Shown: positions 32,601 to 44,278 of the stretch, piece by piece
Layout: every line of letters begins with the position of its first letter
Numbering within the stretch: position 1 is the first letter of the stretch
Assembly: GCF_000315625.1 (NCBI RefSeq)
Contig: NW_005434650.1
Location: forward strand, 462,005-526,004
DNA: 64,000 nucleotides
DNA from: Guillardia theta CCMP2712
Lineage: Eukaryota > Protista > Cryptophyta
Direction: 5' to 3'
The notes under the pieces: model-generated
The model's input: only the letters and a program-made list of their open reading frames with translations
Database searches by the model: none
What the model was told of the DNA's origin: nothing
Program-made: the position numbers and the translations under genes

Positions 32601-34300
32601 CCTGCCGTTCTTGTTGAGGGCCCCATTGGAATGGTACAAATATCACAAGGTGACTTGAGCGAGCTGTTGTGGAGCTTCTGACTTGTCTCCTCCTCGTTCT
32701 TCTTGATTTCTTCCTTTATTGTGTGATTGCTATTGAAAACGTCGTTATTCATGGCGATGACGATGATGATGGTGTTGATGACGACGACGATGTTCGCAGT
32801 GGGGGCGATTCGAGAATTGGGCTGACGTGCTGGTCGTCGTGCTCAAGTGACAAAATCAGTTCTCACCACATCAGCTACGAGACCTGACATCTCTTTCTTA
32901 TCTCTGTCGGCTTGTATTGTCAAATCTCCATCGTTGTTCCTGTTCTCTTGCTCTTTGAAATCTCTGTTCTTACCTCTGTTCTTCTTCTCTCTTCGCTCTC
33001 TACGTGTTATCTTGTCCTGCTTGTCTTGCTCACAGGTTCCATCCCTTCTGCTACTTCCACATGTACGTCACGGGGATGATCCTGGCCATCGTCTACGTGC
33101 GGCAGAAGCAACAGGGTGAGAAGGGAGGACATGGGAGGGAAGAAACATGAGGGGAGGAGGAAGGAACCAGAAGGGCAGCAGTACCAGAACGGAAGGGAGG
33201 AGGAGCGAGGAGGAGGAGAAGCGAGGAGGAGGAGGAGATGGATGATGATGATGATGATGAGTTGATGGTGGAGGACAAAACGACGGATAACAAGGAGGAG
33301 GAGGAGGAGGAGGAGAAGCGAGGAGGAGGAGGAGGAGGAGGAGAAGGAGGAAGGGGCAGGAGGGAGGTCTGATTCGTGATCAGGTTCAGTGCCATGGATG
33401 TGGCGCAGAGGGTCGCTCATAGGATATTCTCTCCTCCTCGTCGTCTTCTGCTTCCCTGCTATCCGTCCTCCTGCCAGCAAAGTGAGAGGACTACGTGCCT
33501 ATGATCGTGCTTCTCCTCCTTCTCTTGCTGCTGTTGCTGCTCCTCCTTCTACCTCTCTTTCCTTTTCTTCCGCTCCTACACCTGCTCTTGCTCCTGTTTC
33601 TTCGCTCCTGCTCCTGCTCCTCCTGCTCTTCCTTCTGGTATACATCCTACTCGTCCGCATTTCTCCCTTTCTCTTCATTTCTTCTCGCGCTCTTTTTCCC
33701 TTCCTTTGACTTCCTTTAGCTCCTCTGTCGCCTCGGCGGGCTGGCACCGCTGCAATGCTTGATCTTGATCGGGTTGTCGCAAGAGGAAGATGCGGTTGCG
33801 AGGTCAGTGAACGTTTGTTTGACTTGTCCTTTCTCTCTCCTTCTTGTTGTTTTCTCTTTTCTCACATCTTTGCTTCTCTCTGATCTTCTTCTTCAACTTC
33901 TTGTCTTTTTATCCTGCTCCTGCTCCCCTCCCACTCCTTCACCTGCTGCTGCACTCGCTGCACCTGCATCTCCTCCTCCTTGTCCATCGCTTCTATCTCT
34001 GCTCAGATTCTTCAAGACCAAGTTCATGGCATCACTGGGCAAGTTTTCCTACTGCATCTACATACTGCAAGTCAGTGGCAGCCTGGCATGTTTGACATGA
34101 TCACTAATTCTTGCCGACTGCAGTACATTGTATTCTGGTTGTGGGGAGGAGACGAGGTCTTGTCAGAATCGGTCAAGTTTTCTGCTGACGTCCATCAGGC
34201 GGATTTCGGGTTCTGGTTCCTTCTGGTTGTGTTGGCTGCAATCTCGTATCACACCATACAGGTGGAGATTGGTGTCAATGTTTGCTGCTGCTGCTGCTCC

Positions 34301-34331
<31 letters not shown>

Positions 34332-34380
34332 CCTGCTTCTGCTGCTGCTGCTGCTCCTGCTGCTGCTGCTCCTGCTCAAC

Positions 34381-34432
<52 letters not shown>

Positions 34433-37400
34433 TCTGCTTCTGCTCCTGCTTCTCCTCCTCCCTCTTGTGATGATTTTACCATGACGATTCTCAATTCCCA
34501 GGTTCCATGTACTTCAGATAAAGTTTTCTCGAAGATTGTCTACATTGCAGCAGGCAACACATCTAGATTCTTATCTCAACTTTGACCCCGACGATCCTTC
34601 AGCCTCCGCCTTCGCCTTGTTCTTTGCCGTTTCAGTCCTCCCAGATCCATGGAAGAACTATTTGTTCCAGAGAGGTAGGGAGGGAGGGGAGGGAGGTAGA
34701 GAAGGAGAGAGGGAGGGAGGTAGGGGAGGGGAGGGGAGGGAGGGAGGGAGGGAGGGAAAGCAGTCTTAGCACATGGCAAAGTTGTGAAGAATATGTTCAG
34801 GTTCTCTCAGCAAGCAGACGCCTTTCGCGATCATCTACGAGCAAGGGATCGTTGATGTCCGCCTTGATCTGCAGGTGATGTTTCGTCTTTGATCTTGTAA
34901 ATCAACACCTCTTGCCCGTAATCATTGCAATGACATTGAGAGTTTTATGTTGAAACATTTTCAAGTGTTTGTCTCTCATCACAGTGCAGATCCCGCAGCA
35001 AGATGAAGAGGATGCTTTCTGGGATTGGGAGAACAAGGGCCTGGTATATCGAATCGACCTCCCTTCAATTCTCACCTTGACAACCTGAAATTCATGTTTT
35101 GCCTTTCTCTTTTCTGTGCTTCTTCGTGATGATGTGTTAGTTTTCACTCACCTTCCCCCTGCAACAATCTTTCTATGTTTGTTGTCTTATTGCGTGTTGT
35201 TCGATCTTCCTCTTCCTCTCTCGCACCATCCACTTGCTCCTGACTGACTTCCCTCCTCGCTTCAGAACCACAAGGTCATCAACCCCTCCATTGCGGTCGA
35301 TCCCAAGGACTCGGACGTGCTGTGGGTGGCGGCAAGGCTTCATCGAGAAGACAAGGAGAAGTGAGAAGAGCGAAGAGTTGATCTCTTATCTGCAAACCTG
35401 TTCTGATTGCTCTGAATCCCTGTACATGTAAACATCACTTGTTGTGTTGCTTTGTTGTCTTGATCTTTGACACACTGCAAGACAAACATCCGTGGACTGA
35501 TATCTCTGATCTGTTTCTCCCATCTTCGGCAGCACCATTTTGCATGTTACAGTTGAGGCTTTTGTATGCCCTCATTCCTGGTACAGGCATCAAGTTCAAT
35601 CTAGAAGGAGGAGGAAGGCTGGTTCGAGGAAAGTGTCAAAGGCAGAGGACGTCGCTCTTTCTGTTTCCAAGTGGAATTCACGAATTGCAGGTTGAGATGT
35701 GTTGATGATCAAGATTGAGTTCTTCTGCCACCATGGCGACCATTACCTTCTTTCTTGTCTCCTCCTCCTCCTCACTCTCCCTCTCCTCCTCCTCCTCCTC
35801 CTCCTCCTCCTCCTCCTCCTCCTCCTCCTCCTCCTCCTCCTTCTCCTCCTCCTCCTCCTCCTCCTCCTCCTTGTTCGCCTCCCTCACTCCTCCTTGTCCG
35901 CCTCCCTCACTCCTTGCCCTCATTGTTCTCAAACCTGTCACAGTCGGAGTGCTCTCCGTCTCAAAACTCACAGACACCCACTGGAACACGTTCGCTCCCA
36001 TACATCCGGTGCAAACAACGACAAGACTGTCAAGGTTGCAAGCTGAAGTTTGATGTTCAGGTTGACATTCCTCTTCCTGCCGACATGAATCTCAACAGCT
36101 CGATCTGGACTCCTTGTCTTCCTCCTCCTCTCCGTCATCCTGTCAACAACTCGGCGACGCTGCGGTTCTCAACAGGCCCTGAGGATCCGAGGATCCAGGT
36201 GTGAAGATAGATGATCGTTGGGAGAGGAGCGAGGGGAGACGAGGAGACGGAGAGGCGAAGAGATAAACAGATGAAGAGAGGAGAGGGAGAGATGAACGAT
36301 AGAGTGGTGAATGTGGCGGTCATAGATGTCAGGAGATGTGGATTGGACGATGTCTCATTTTGTCCTGTCCTGTCCTGTCCTGTCCTGTCCTGTCCTGTCC
36401 TGTCCTGTCCTGTCCAGTCCTGTCCTGTCCAGTCCTGTCCTGTCCTGTCCTGTCCTGTCCTGTCCTGTCCTGTCCTGTCCTGTGTTCTCTCTCAATCTTA
36501 CCACCATCCCTCAGTTCGGCACGTCAGATTCGCAGATGCATATCACTTTCTTTTCGTTCGTCCCAGGGCATCGAGGCAAGACAGGTCTGTTTGACAACCT
36601 TGACCTTCTCCCAGTTCTCATGCTCAGCAGATATTCCTCCTCGTTGTTCCGATCCGACATCATACGGGAAATTCTACGAGACGATTGTGTTTGCTGAGGA
36701 AAACCGACTTGAGACCAAACAGGTGCTGGAGGAAACGGGGGCAAAGGATTGGTTGCATCTGAATTGACTGACAGTTGAGTTTCGATGGAGCTGAGCGTCA
36801 AGAGATCGAGAAGAATTGGATGAGGTGAGTGATACGAGGATGTCACTTTGACATGCGAGGAAGAGCAAAAGGAAGAGGAAGAGGAGGGGGAGAGGAAGAG
36901 GAAATGGAAAGGGAGGGGAGGGGAGGAGAGGAGAGAAGGGAAGGGAGGGAAGGGGAGAGGAGATGAGATGCTTGTCAGGTTTGAAGTGAAGGGAGTGGTC
37001 CATTACATCCGATCTCTCCACCCTTACATCGTCGTCCGGCAATCTTCTCGCAAAGCCTCAACTCAGGTGAATGAAATTGCGTTTTGTGCTCCTCCTCCTC
37101 CTCCTCCTCCTCCTCCTCCTCCTCCTCCTCCTCCTCCTCCTCCTCCTCCTCCTCCTCCTCCTCCTCCTCCTCCTCTTACCCTCCTCACTCCTCCTCCTAC
37201 CCTCCTCACTCCTCCTCCTGGTCCCCAGTCGTCTCCTCCTCATCCTCCTCATCCTCATTTTCGTCTTTCTTCTGTTTATTCCCATCCTTTTCATTACAAT
37301 TCTTGATAGGTCATTGTACGGACAGAAGTTCCTGCGTTCGCGCAAGTAGTGCAACATGAGAAGGTACGAGAAGGAGGAGGAGGAGGAGGAGAAGAAGGAG

Positions 37401-38157
37401 AAGGAGGAGGAGGAGGAGGGTTTCATCTCACTGTATTCCCGTAGCTCAAGATTCACGGAGGGAGCAACGCAGTGCTTGTCTGCGATGGAGGTAGCAGGAG
37501 GAAGACTGACGGTCTTCGTCTGACTGTCGTGATGTCAGTCGACTCGTCCTGCTACTTCCTTGCCGCGTTTCATACGGTCGACAAGAAGGGAAGGTGAGGC
37601 CGCGAGCAGACAAGACAAATAAAGAGAACGAGCAGGACAGGACAGGGCAGGGCAGGGCAGGGCAGGGCAGGGCAGGGCAGGGCAGGGCAGGGCAGGGCAG
37701 GGCAGGGGAGAACATGAAGAGCAATGGAGTTTGTGCACTTTGCTGACTGTCTTGTCATCTGCGCTCATCGCCATCTCTGATCTCTTCCGGCAGATATCTC
37801 AACTTTGCCTTCGCCTTCGACAATGAGAGACCTTTCAGCGTTCTCGCCTTAAGTCGCCAGGTGATCGCACTTGCTCTCAGAAGCACCTCAACTCGTGATG
37901 ACTGCGTTCGCAGCTCCCCCTCCTTAACAACGAGGGTCAGAACAACTTTTTGTCCGGCCTCGAAGTCGTCCAAGCCGGAGGAAACAAGTTTGTTCTCTTC
38001 ACATACGGGTGTAACGACGACCATAGTCGGTTGCTCAAGGTTGCTCTCGGATGTGACGACACTTGGTCTTGTGACAATCTCGCAGGTCCCGCTGTCTGTT
38101 GTACATGAATGGCTCTTTCCTCCTTCGCATGTATGGTCTTCATGTCTTTCCTTCTAG
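29629..38157 (+). CDS. Multidomain membrane protein: PC-esterase/SGNH-like + acyltransferase-3 + GH130/GT91-like beta-propeller
   Basis: About 25 exons join in phase. Signal anchor; CLYYFY...ARCLRDSWVVMLGSS and GAH; AT3 motifs RLEAISGAR, FFLLSG, KRLAAVYPLY, WFLS and LGKFSYCIYILQ; an extra TM across GC-AG intron 34554-34602; then NPSI, GPEDPR, EKNW, HGG, AFH and FLSGL...TYG..D. Confidence 0.8.
36361..36482. repeat. Intronic (TGTCC)n microsatellite
   Basis: Pentamer array. Other intronic arrays in this gene include (CCT)n at 35760-35870 and 37089-37175, and (GGGCA)n at 37644-37706. Confidence 0.9.
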
Positions 38158-38693
38158 CCAAGAGATGTTGATTTTCTGCTCCTTCAGAATCACTATCATC
38201 ACTTTTTACACCAACCTTACCCACTGGTGAGTTCAGTTCGCCGAGACAGAAAATTTCCTATATCGTTTCTCAAACTCTCTGCCTTGTTGTGATGAGGTTG
38301 TGTTTGCAGTTAACGAAAACTCTAGTGAGATCGTCTTTTCGGTTTCTGGACCGCATGATCGCCGGCAATCGAACAAGACAGGAGACCAAGTTTGTCTTCT
38401 GAGTCTTTATTCTTTCTCAACAAATCTTCTCATGAAGACGTGTTGTTTTCCGCCCGAAACCTTCAAACTTCACATGTCCTCTGCTGATCCATCTGCTTTC
38501 GTCTTTGTACATCATCGCGCCATCCTTATTTCTCATCACCCATCGCACTTCCCCATCGCACTTCTTCTCACTTGCTCGACAATCACTTGCATCACTTCAA
38601 TATCACCAAAAACTCGCACCAAGTCTCCTCAAGATCTCTCCCCTCTCAACTCGTTGCTTCATCACGCTCCTCTCAGCACATGTGCCCTCCTCC

Positions 38694-38924
38694 TCAGAGC
38701 GCCATAGTTCCCACGTTCGGCATCAGGTTTCCTCCAGCGCCTTGCTGGGTGTAGTAAGCGCCGTTGGCGACGAAGTTCGAGATCATCTCCACTGACTCGA
38801 CGTCAGCTACAGGGTAAGAAGAAGCTTCTCCTCACCTTGACCGGCTCCGAGGATTTCTGAAGTTTGCGGGTGGGAGAGGACGAGTTTGGCAACTTCAAAC
38901 TGAGAAGGTAAGAAAAAGTTAGCG

Positions 38925-38964
<40 letters not shown>

Positions 38965-41453
38965 TGGTGGTGGTGGTGGTACGGGTAGAGAAGGAGGGTG
39001 GAGAGGGAGGAGGAAGAGGAGGAGGAGGAGGAGGAGGAGGAGGAAGTGGAGGAGGAGGACGAGAGAGAAGGAGGGGGAGCAAGGATGATCGCGAGTCTCG
39101 ATTTCTCTCCCCTACCTTCTCATCCAGCGCTCGCTTGCTGCTCTCGGCCTTTCTGTCCAGCAGGAACGCCAGGAAATCCCCGTGAGAGAAAAGTTTCTTC
39201 ACACCCCAAGCGTGATGCGCCATCGACTTAAACATGCAGATCGCTCCCACCTGTCGCTGCTCAATCCACCACCTCCACCTCCTCCTCCTCGACTTCCCCC
39301 TCCTCCCATCCATAACTGGTTTCCTTCCTTCCTCCTCCCTTATGATCTGCCTCAAACCTCGTCTCCTTCTTCCTCATCTTCGCTCTTCCTCTTCCTCGGC
39401 CTCTCTCCCCTCCTTCCCTCACTTTCTCCTCTTGGATCGGACATTTCGCCAGCTTGATCAAAGGTTCCATCACATCCCCAAGCCCCTCAGCGAAAATCGT
39501 CGACGCCGCTTCTCCCTCCTCCTCAGCAAACTTTGCCGATCTGTTTGCTCATCAACTATCCTCGTCGACCTCCCTCCCTCCCTCCCTCCCTCCCTCCAAC
39601 CTGATCGCCTCCACACACAAGGAGAGAGTTGCGAGCTTGAGATCCGACTGCTGGCTCTGCGGGGCGAGTGAGGCCGAGCACGTCACGGGCACGAGCGACC
39701 TTGAGGTTTGATGAGACGCCCCGGCAGACGGAGGGGAGAGTTTTGCTCCTCACCAAGACTTGAAGAGGGTCAGAAGGCACCGAAGGGAAGAGGGAGCAAA
39801 GGAGGAGAGAGGAGGAGAGGAGAGAGGGGGGCGACAAAGAGCAAGGGAAAGTTACGGCAAGGGCAGCAGGAGCGGTTGATGAAAGGGATGAGGATGGAAG
39901 AAAGGAGGGCAGAGGAAAGTTGCCAGCGAAGGGAGAAAGGAGGAGGGATGCAGACTAGGGAGGGAGGGAGAGGAAACAAGGGACAGTCTGCTGCTCACTT
40001 TTCAACCCTCGGGGAGAGGAGCTCAGTACAGAAAGGACATTCAGCATGTCGACTTGCTCTTGCACGCTCGAACTCTTGCGAGTGTCGTCAGCGCTCGAGC
40101 CGATTCTCCGCCCTCCTCCTACCTCTCCTCTTGCTCTCTGGCTCACAGTCTCGCAGAACCTTCCCTCCAACTCTGCGGAGGACTCAACTTCCCCTGCCAA
40201 ACGATCGTCATGAGGGAGGAAGTGAGGGGGGAGAGGGAGGAAGGGAAACGGGATGAGAGTAGACAGTGTTGAGCAGAGGAAACACGGGCAAGAAGAAGAT
40301 ATGCGAAAAGTGGAGAAGGGGAGTGCAGAGCAGTGCACAGAAGAGTAGAGCAGAGTAGAGCAGAGTAGAGCAGAGCAGAATGGAGTGGAACAAGAGAGGA
40401 GAGGACGGAGGAGGAGAGCAGAACTAGTAACGCTCCTCGACCTGCAAGAAATCTCGCACATGCCTCTAGCAACCTTGCCGGCACTGCTCCACTGCCCAGG
40501 GTGCTCTCAGCTACCTGAAGGAGGTGCACGAGAAGTTCCTGAAGAGCCCGTGAGGTTGAAAGGGGAAGGTGGAGGAAGAAGAGGAGACTGGGGCAGGGAG
40601 GAGAGGGGAGAGGAGCACAAGAAAGAAACAAGGACAGTGAGCAGGCGAGAGGGACAGAGGAAGAGGAGCAGGAAGAGGAGGAGCAGGAAGAGGAGCAGGA
40701 AGAGGAGGAGCAGGAAGAGGAGCAGGAAGAGGAGCAGGAAGAGGAGAGGAAGAGGGAACGCGGCGCTACCTTGCCGATCTCATGCGAAGGCAACAGCGCA
40801 ATCACTTCTACCGCGTTGAGCTGCAGCAATATGTCGTCGGAGTGGATGATTGCAACCAGCTGATCCTTGGCTCCAGTTGACTTGAAGACCTCCGTCTCGT
40901 CCTCCCTCCTCCTCCACGCCGTGCAGATGAACTCCAGCACTCGGAAAGCGACAACAGCCTGCTCTCTGTCACAGATGATCTTGCTCATGTGCGCGACGTG
41001 GCGCTCGTTGAAGACGACTCGCACTCCACTGGGCTGCCCCACGGCTCTCAGGAGAGCAGAGGAGGCGGCAGAAGACATCTGGATGCTCTCGTCGGAGAGC
41101 ATCTTGACGAGCAGGAAGACTATATCTCTCTCCTGTAGCCATAGGAGGTCTCCCTCGTTCCCCATGAGCTTCTCCACTAGCTTGATAGTGGACTTCCGCA
41201 CAACATCGCTGGGGTGCTGAAGACCTAGAGGAAACAACTCCGATCCTTGCTGCTTGAGGACATTGAGGTCCTCCTGAGAGCTCTCTGAGAACAGCTTGTT
41301 GAGACACTTGGAAACAAGCTCGACATGATTGGCATCGTTGAGCAGCTCCAGCAACTTGGGCAGCGGAACAGCGGCAAGCAGGGCGGACTTGCTCTCTGCC
41401 GTTGCGGGTAAGCGATCGAAGTCTTGAAGCTTTGCTGCTATGTCGATAGCCAT
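38694..41453 (-). CDS. PSMD5: 26S proteasome assembly chaperone PSMD5 (S5b/Hsm3-like)
   Basis: HEAT/ARM-like helical protein with LGLQHPSDVVR, SDDILLQLNAVE, and C-terminal WG..L....DFLAFLLDRKAE..K...K-FE and GAYY patterns typical of PSMD5. Confidence 0.75.
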
Positions 41454-41870
41454 ACTTCGAAGAAACGATCGTTCCTGCTCCGCTGGGGATGGAAGCTAAG
41501 GGTCAGAGAACTTTTACAGCATCTCCAAGGAACATGGAACATTTTCCAGCTTACATTTTCCTTCTACTACTAATGCGACAGTCCTTGTCTCTGGTGTCTA
41601 TCCTTCCCACTCAATCTCCACGTCAACCTCAAAATAAAGAATTCTTACATGCCTCATCACACCTGCCATATCCATACTCTCCCTACCTCACGGTTATCAT
41701 TCTTCTGCCTGGAGAATTATTTAATCTTTCTACCTTAACATCCCTCCCGGTCCTCAACTTCTTTCTTCCTCATCCTGATCATAGTTCTGATGACCCTGAC
41801 CATCCCTATTCTTATCCCTATCATCCTCCTCCTCCTCCTCCTCCTCCTCCTCCTCCTCCTCCTCCTCCTC

Positions 41871-41902
<32 letters not shown>

Positions 41903-42283
41903 TCCCTCTTCTGAACTACGGTCACCATGAACACCTTGGTTGGACTGATATCGCTACCTCATCCCCGCTCAAATCCAGGTCATCCGAATCTCATCCGGGC
42001 CCGGGCCAGACCGAGTCGTCCCGATGTTCAACTTAATTTCATTCTTGGCAGCGAAGCATCCTATGAACATTTTCAAACACAACACTTCTGAACATCTGAA
42101 ATTCTTTTCCTCTGTACATTATAGCTAGTCATATGATAATGGATGTATGATGAGACAACCTCAAACTGCTTTAGTCTACCATCACCTTTGAAATTCATTC
42201 CAACACGTCCATTACCACGAACAGTGTGGATTGAAAAAAATCTTTCGGATGCTGTCACCAATTTATCATCATCATATTGAGTA

Positions 42284-44278
42284 ATGGCCAAAAGAAATCG
42301 AGAGCTGTTTGAGCAAGAGACGAATTCTCGTAGAGCAAGGCATCCTGGATGTAGAGCAAGAGATCAAAACCGTAGATCAAGCCATCACTCGTGTAGAGCA
42401 AGAGATCAAAACCGTAAATCAAGCCATCACTCGTGTAGAGCAAGAGATCAAAACCGTAAATCAAGCCATCACTCGTGTAGAGCAAGAGATCAAACCGTAG
42501 ATCAAGCCATCACTCGTGTAGAGCAAGAGATCAAAACCGTAGATCAAGCCATCACTCGTGTAGAGCAAGAGATCAGCCAGGCACAAGACCCCGATATGAA
42601 GGCCTTCATTATCACTAATCACAAGAACCTTGTCGAAGACAAGAAACGGCTTCGAGACAAAGAGGCACAGCTTCGAGCTGACAAGAGACAGTTTCGAGGG
42701 GGAAAGCAGGAAGAGAAGCAGACATCATTTCCCTGGACAGAGTCAGAAGCTCGGTTTGACAGTATGGGATTTTGCATGGAGGAGAAATACTTCCGTCTAG
42801 ATTGCTCCTACTTTATGGGCACAAGTGAAGACAACAGAGAGCAGCTTCTTCTCTACTGCCGAGCAGCCTTCCTGGAGCAGTTCCGTTTCCTGCGAAAGCA
42901 AGTGCTAGAGCAAGGTGCTCTTGGATGGATACAAGGCTCTCCAGGGACAGGGAAGACAACAACAACGCTTTCCTTTTGTATGACGCTGGATATGAACGAG
43001 TGGAGCTTCAAATACATCAGACTGAAGGCCAAAGACAACACATTTGTTGTGGCGGTTGAAGGCAATAAGAGAAAAACATGCTCTGTCGCCAAGGCTGAGA
43101 GGAAACAGTTGACACAGTTGCTTGAAGAGTTGTCAGGCGGCAAGAAGAGCCTCCTGGTACTCGACGGCTATTTGACACACCAAGAATATCATATCAAAGC
43201 TTTGGATGCTTGTATAATATGGCGGAATGCTGACAGGCAAAATCGACGTCTTGTGGTTGTGACGTCAATGGCTTCTCGAGGAAAGACCTACGAAGAAGAG
43301 GAGAAACACATGCAGCTGGAGCAGCACATAGTTCCATCATGGAGGATCGATGAATATCTAGATGCAGTGCAGCTCGACGAGTTTTACGACAAAGTGAAAG
43401 CCAATCTGGAGATGGATGTGGACGCAGACATTTTGGGTGTCAAAGTAACAAATGGGCCGAAATCGAAAGAACAGCGGGTGAATCATAAGCATTACCTCGC
43501 AGGTGCGTCATGTCGGTACATGTTCGACATAACTTCGGAGAAGGTCCTTGAGTACTTGGATCTTGCGTTTCAAAGAGCTCCAAACTTACAAGATCTTTTT
43601 CGGGGCAATGTAGGCGCTTCGGCAGCAGATATGACAAATCGGTTGATTGCTACTTTCGTAGTTCAGAAGAGGGTGGTCTGGTATCCTGTGAGTAAGTACG
43701 TAGCCAGCAATCTTACGGCGTCCGTTGGAGCAGTTGACATGCTGAGAAAGATGTTTACTACCTTCAAAGGCCCGCGAGCCATGCATGGACATCTTTTGGA
43801 GATGCTCTTTTTCGAGGAAGTCAGACGAGACCTGAGCATCACTTATGAAAAATCAAATCAGCCTGAAGTCTTGAAAGCATGTAATTTCGTTGTAAACTTC
43901 GATCCGTCACAACAGACTGACTTGCTACCTCACGAAAGGGTGTGTTACAAGCCAATCAGTGAATTTCAAGGTGGCTACGACGCATTGATTGTAGATCAAA
44001 TCAAGAAGGTCGTACAGTTTTTCCAGATGACGGTGGCAATGGATCACTCTTTCAAGCTCTCGTACTTCTTGAGTGCTCTTGAGGCTCTCAGGATTCCGCC
44101 AGGTAGGACATGGACCATACGGATCGTTGTTGTCGTCCCGCCAGAGAATAGGTGGTCGTTTCGAATAGCCCCTGTCAAGGATGACGGGGCGCTGGAGCAG
44201 TACATGTGGACGAAATGGCTGGAACGGTCGATGGCCGAGGTGGCCAGTATTGATTTCGATCGAGGGTACATTGGATAG
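42284..44278 (+). CDS. Crinkler/RHS-type P-loop NTPase + PD-(D/E)xK nuclease-like protein
   Basis: Intronless 664-aa ORF with a coiled-coil header, Walker A GSPGTGKT, Walker B LLVLDG, AGASCR.MF, GHLLEMLFF and P....QGGYDAL...FFQMTVA..H. Confidence 0.75.
   Translation: MAKRNRELFEQETNSRRARHPGCRARDQNRRSSHHSCRARDQNRKSSHHSCRARDQNRKSSHHSCRARDQTVDQAITRVEQEIKTVDQAITRVEQEISQAQDPDMKAFIITNHKNLVEDKKRLRDKEAQLRADKRQFRGGKQEEKQTSFPWTESEARFDSMGFCMEEKYFRLDCSYFMGTSEDNREQLLLYCRAAFLEQFRFLRKQVLEQGALGWIQGSPGTGKTTTTLSFCMTLDMNEWSFKYIRLKAKDNTFVVAVEGNKRKTCSVAKAERKQLTQLLEELSGGKKSLLVLDGYLTHQEYHIKALDACIIWRNADRQNRRLVVVTSMASRGKTYEEEEKHMQLEQHIVPSWRIDEYLDAVQLDEFYDKVKANLEMDVDADILGVKVTNGPKSKEQRVNHKHYLAGASCRYMFDITSEKVLEYLDLAFQRAPNLQDLFRGNVGASAADMTNRLIATFVVQKRVVWYPVSKYVASNLTASVGAVDMLRKMFTTFKGPRAMHGHLLEMLFFEEVRRDLSITYEKSNQPEVLKACNFVVNFDPSQQTDLLPHERVCYKPISEFQGGYDALIVDQIKKVVQFFQMTVAMDHSFKLSYFLSALEALRIPPGRTWTIRIVVVVPPENRWSFRIAPVKDDGALEQYMWTKWLERSMAEVASIDFDRGYIG
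42310..42575 (+). repeat. 42-bp coding tandem repeat (VEQEIKTVDQAITR)
   Basis: Unit gtagagcaagagatcaaaaccgtagatcaagccatcactcgt, about 6 copies; one copy lacks an A near 42493. Confidence 0.92.

Noticed and set aside
34249-37460. Poly-L/S/P/R/C ORFs in the six-frame track
   Set aside because: They are translations of intronic microsatellites.
37446-38224. Minus-strand ORFs as a separate gene
   Set aside because: They are antisense shadows of plus-strand propeller exons, which carry conserved motifs and in-phase splice sites.
42310-42575. CRISPR-like array
   Set aside because: Units are contiguous with no unique spacers and encode a coiled coil.
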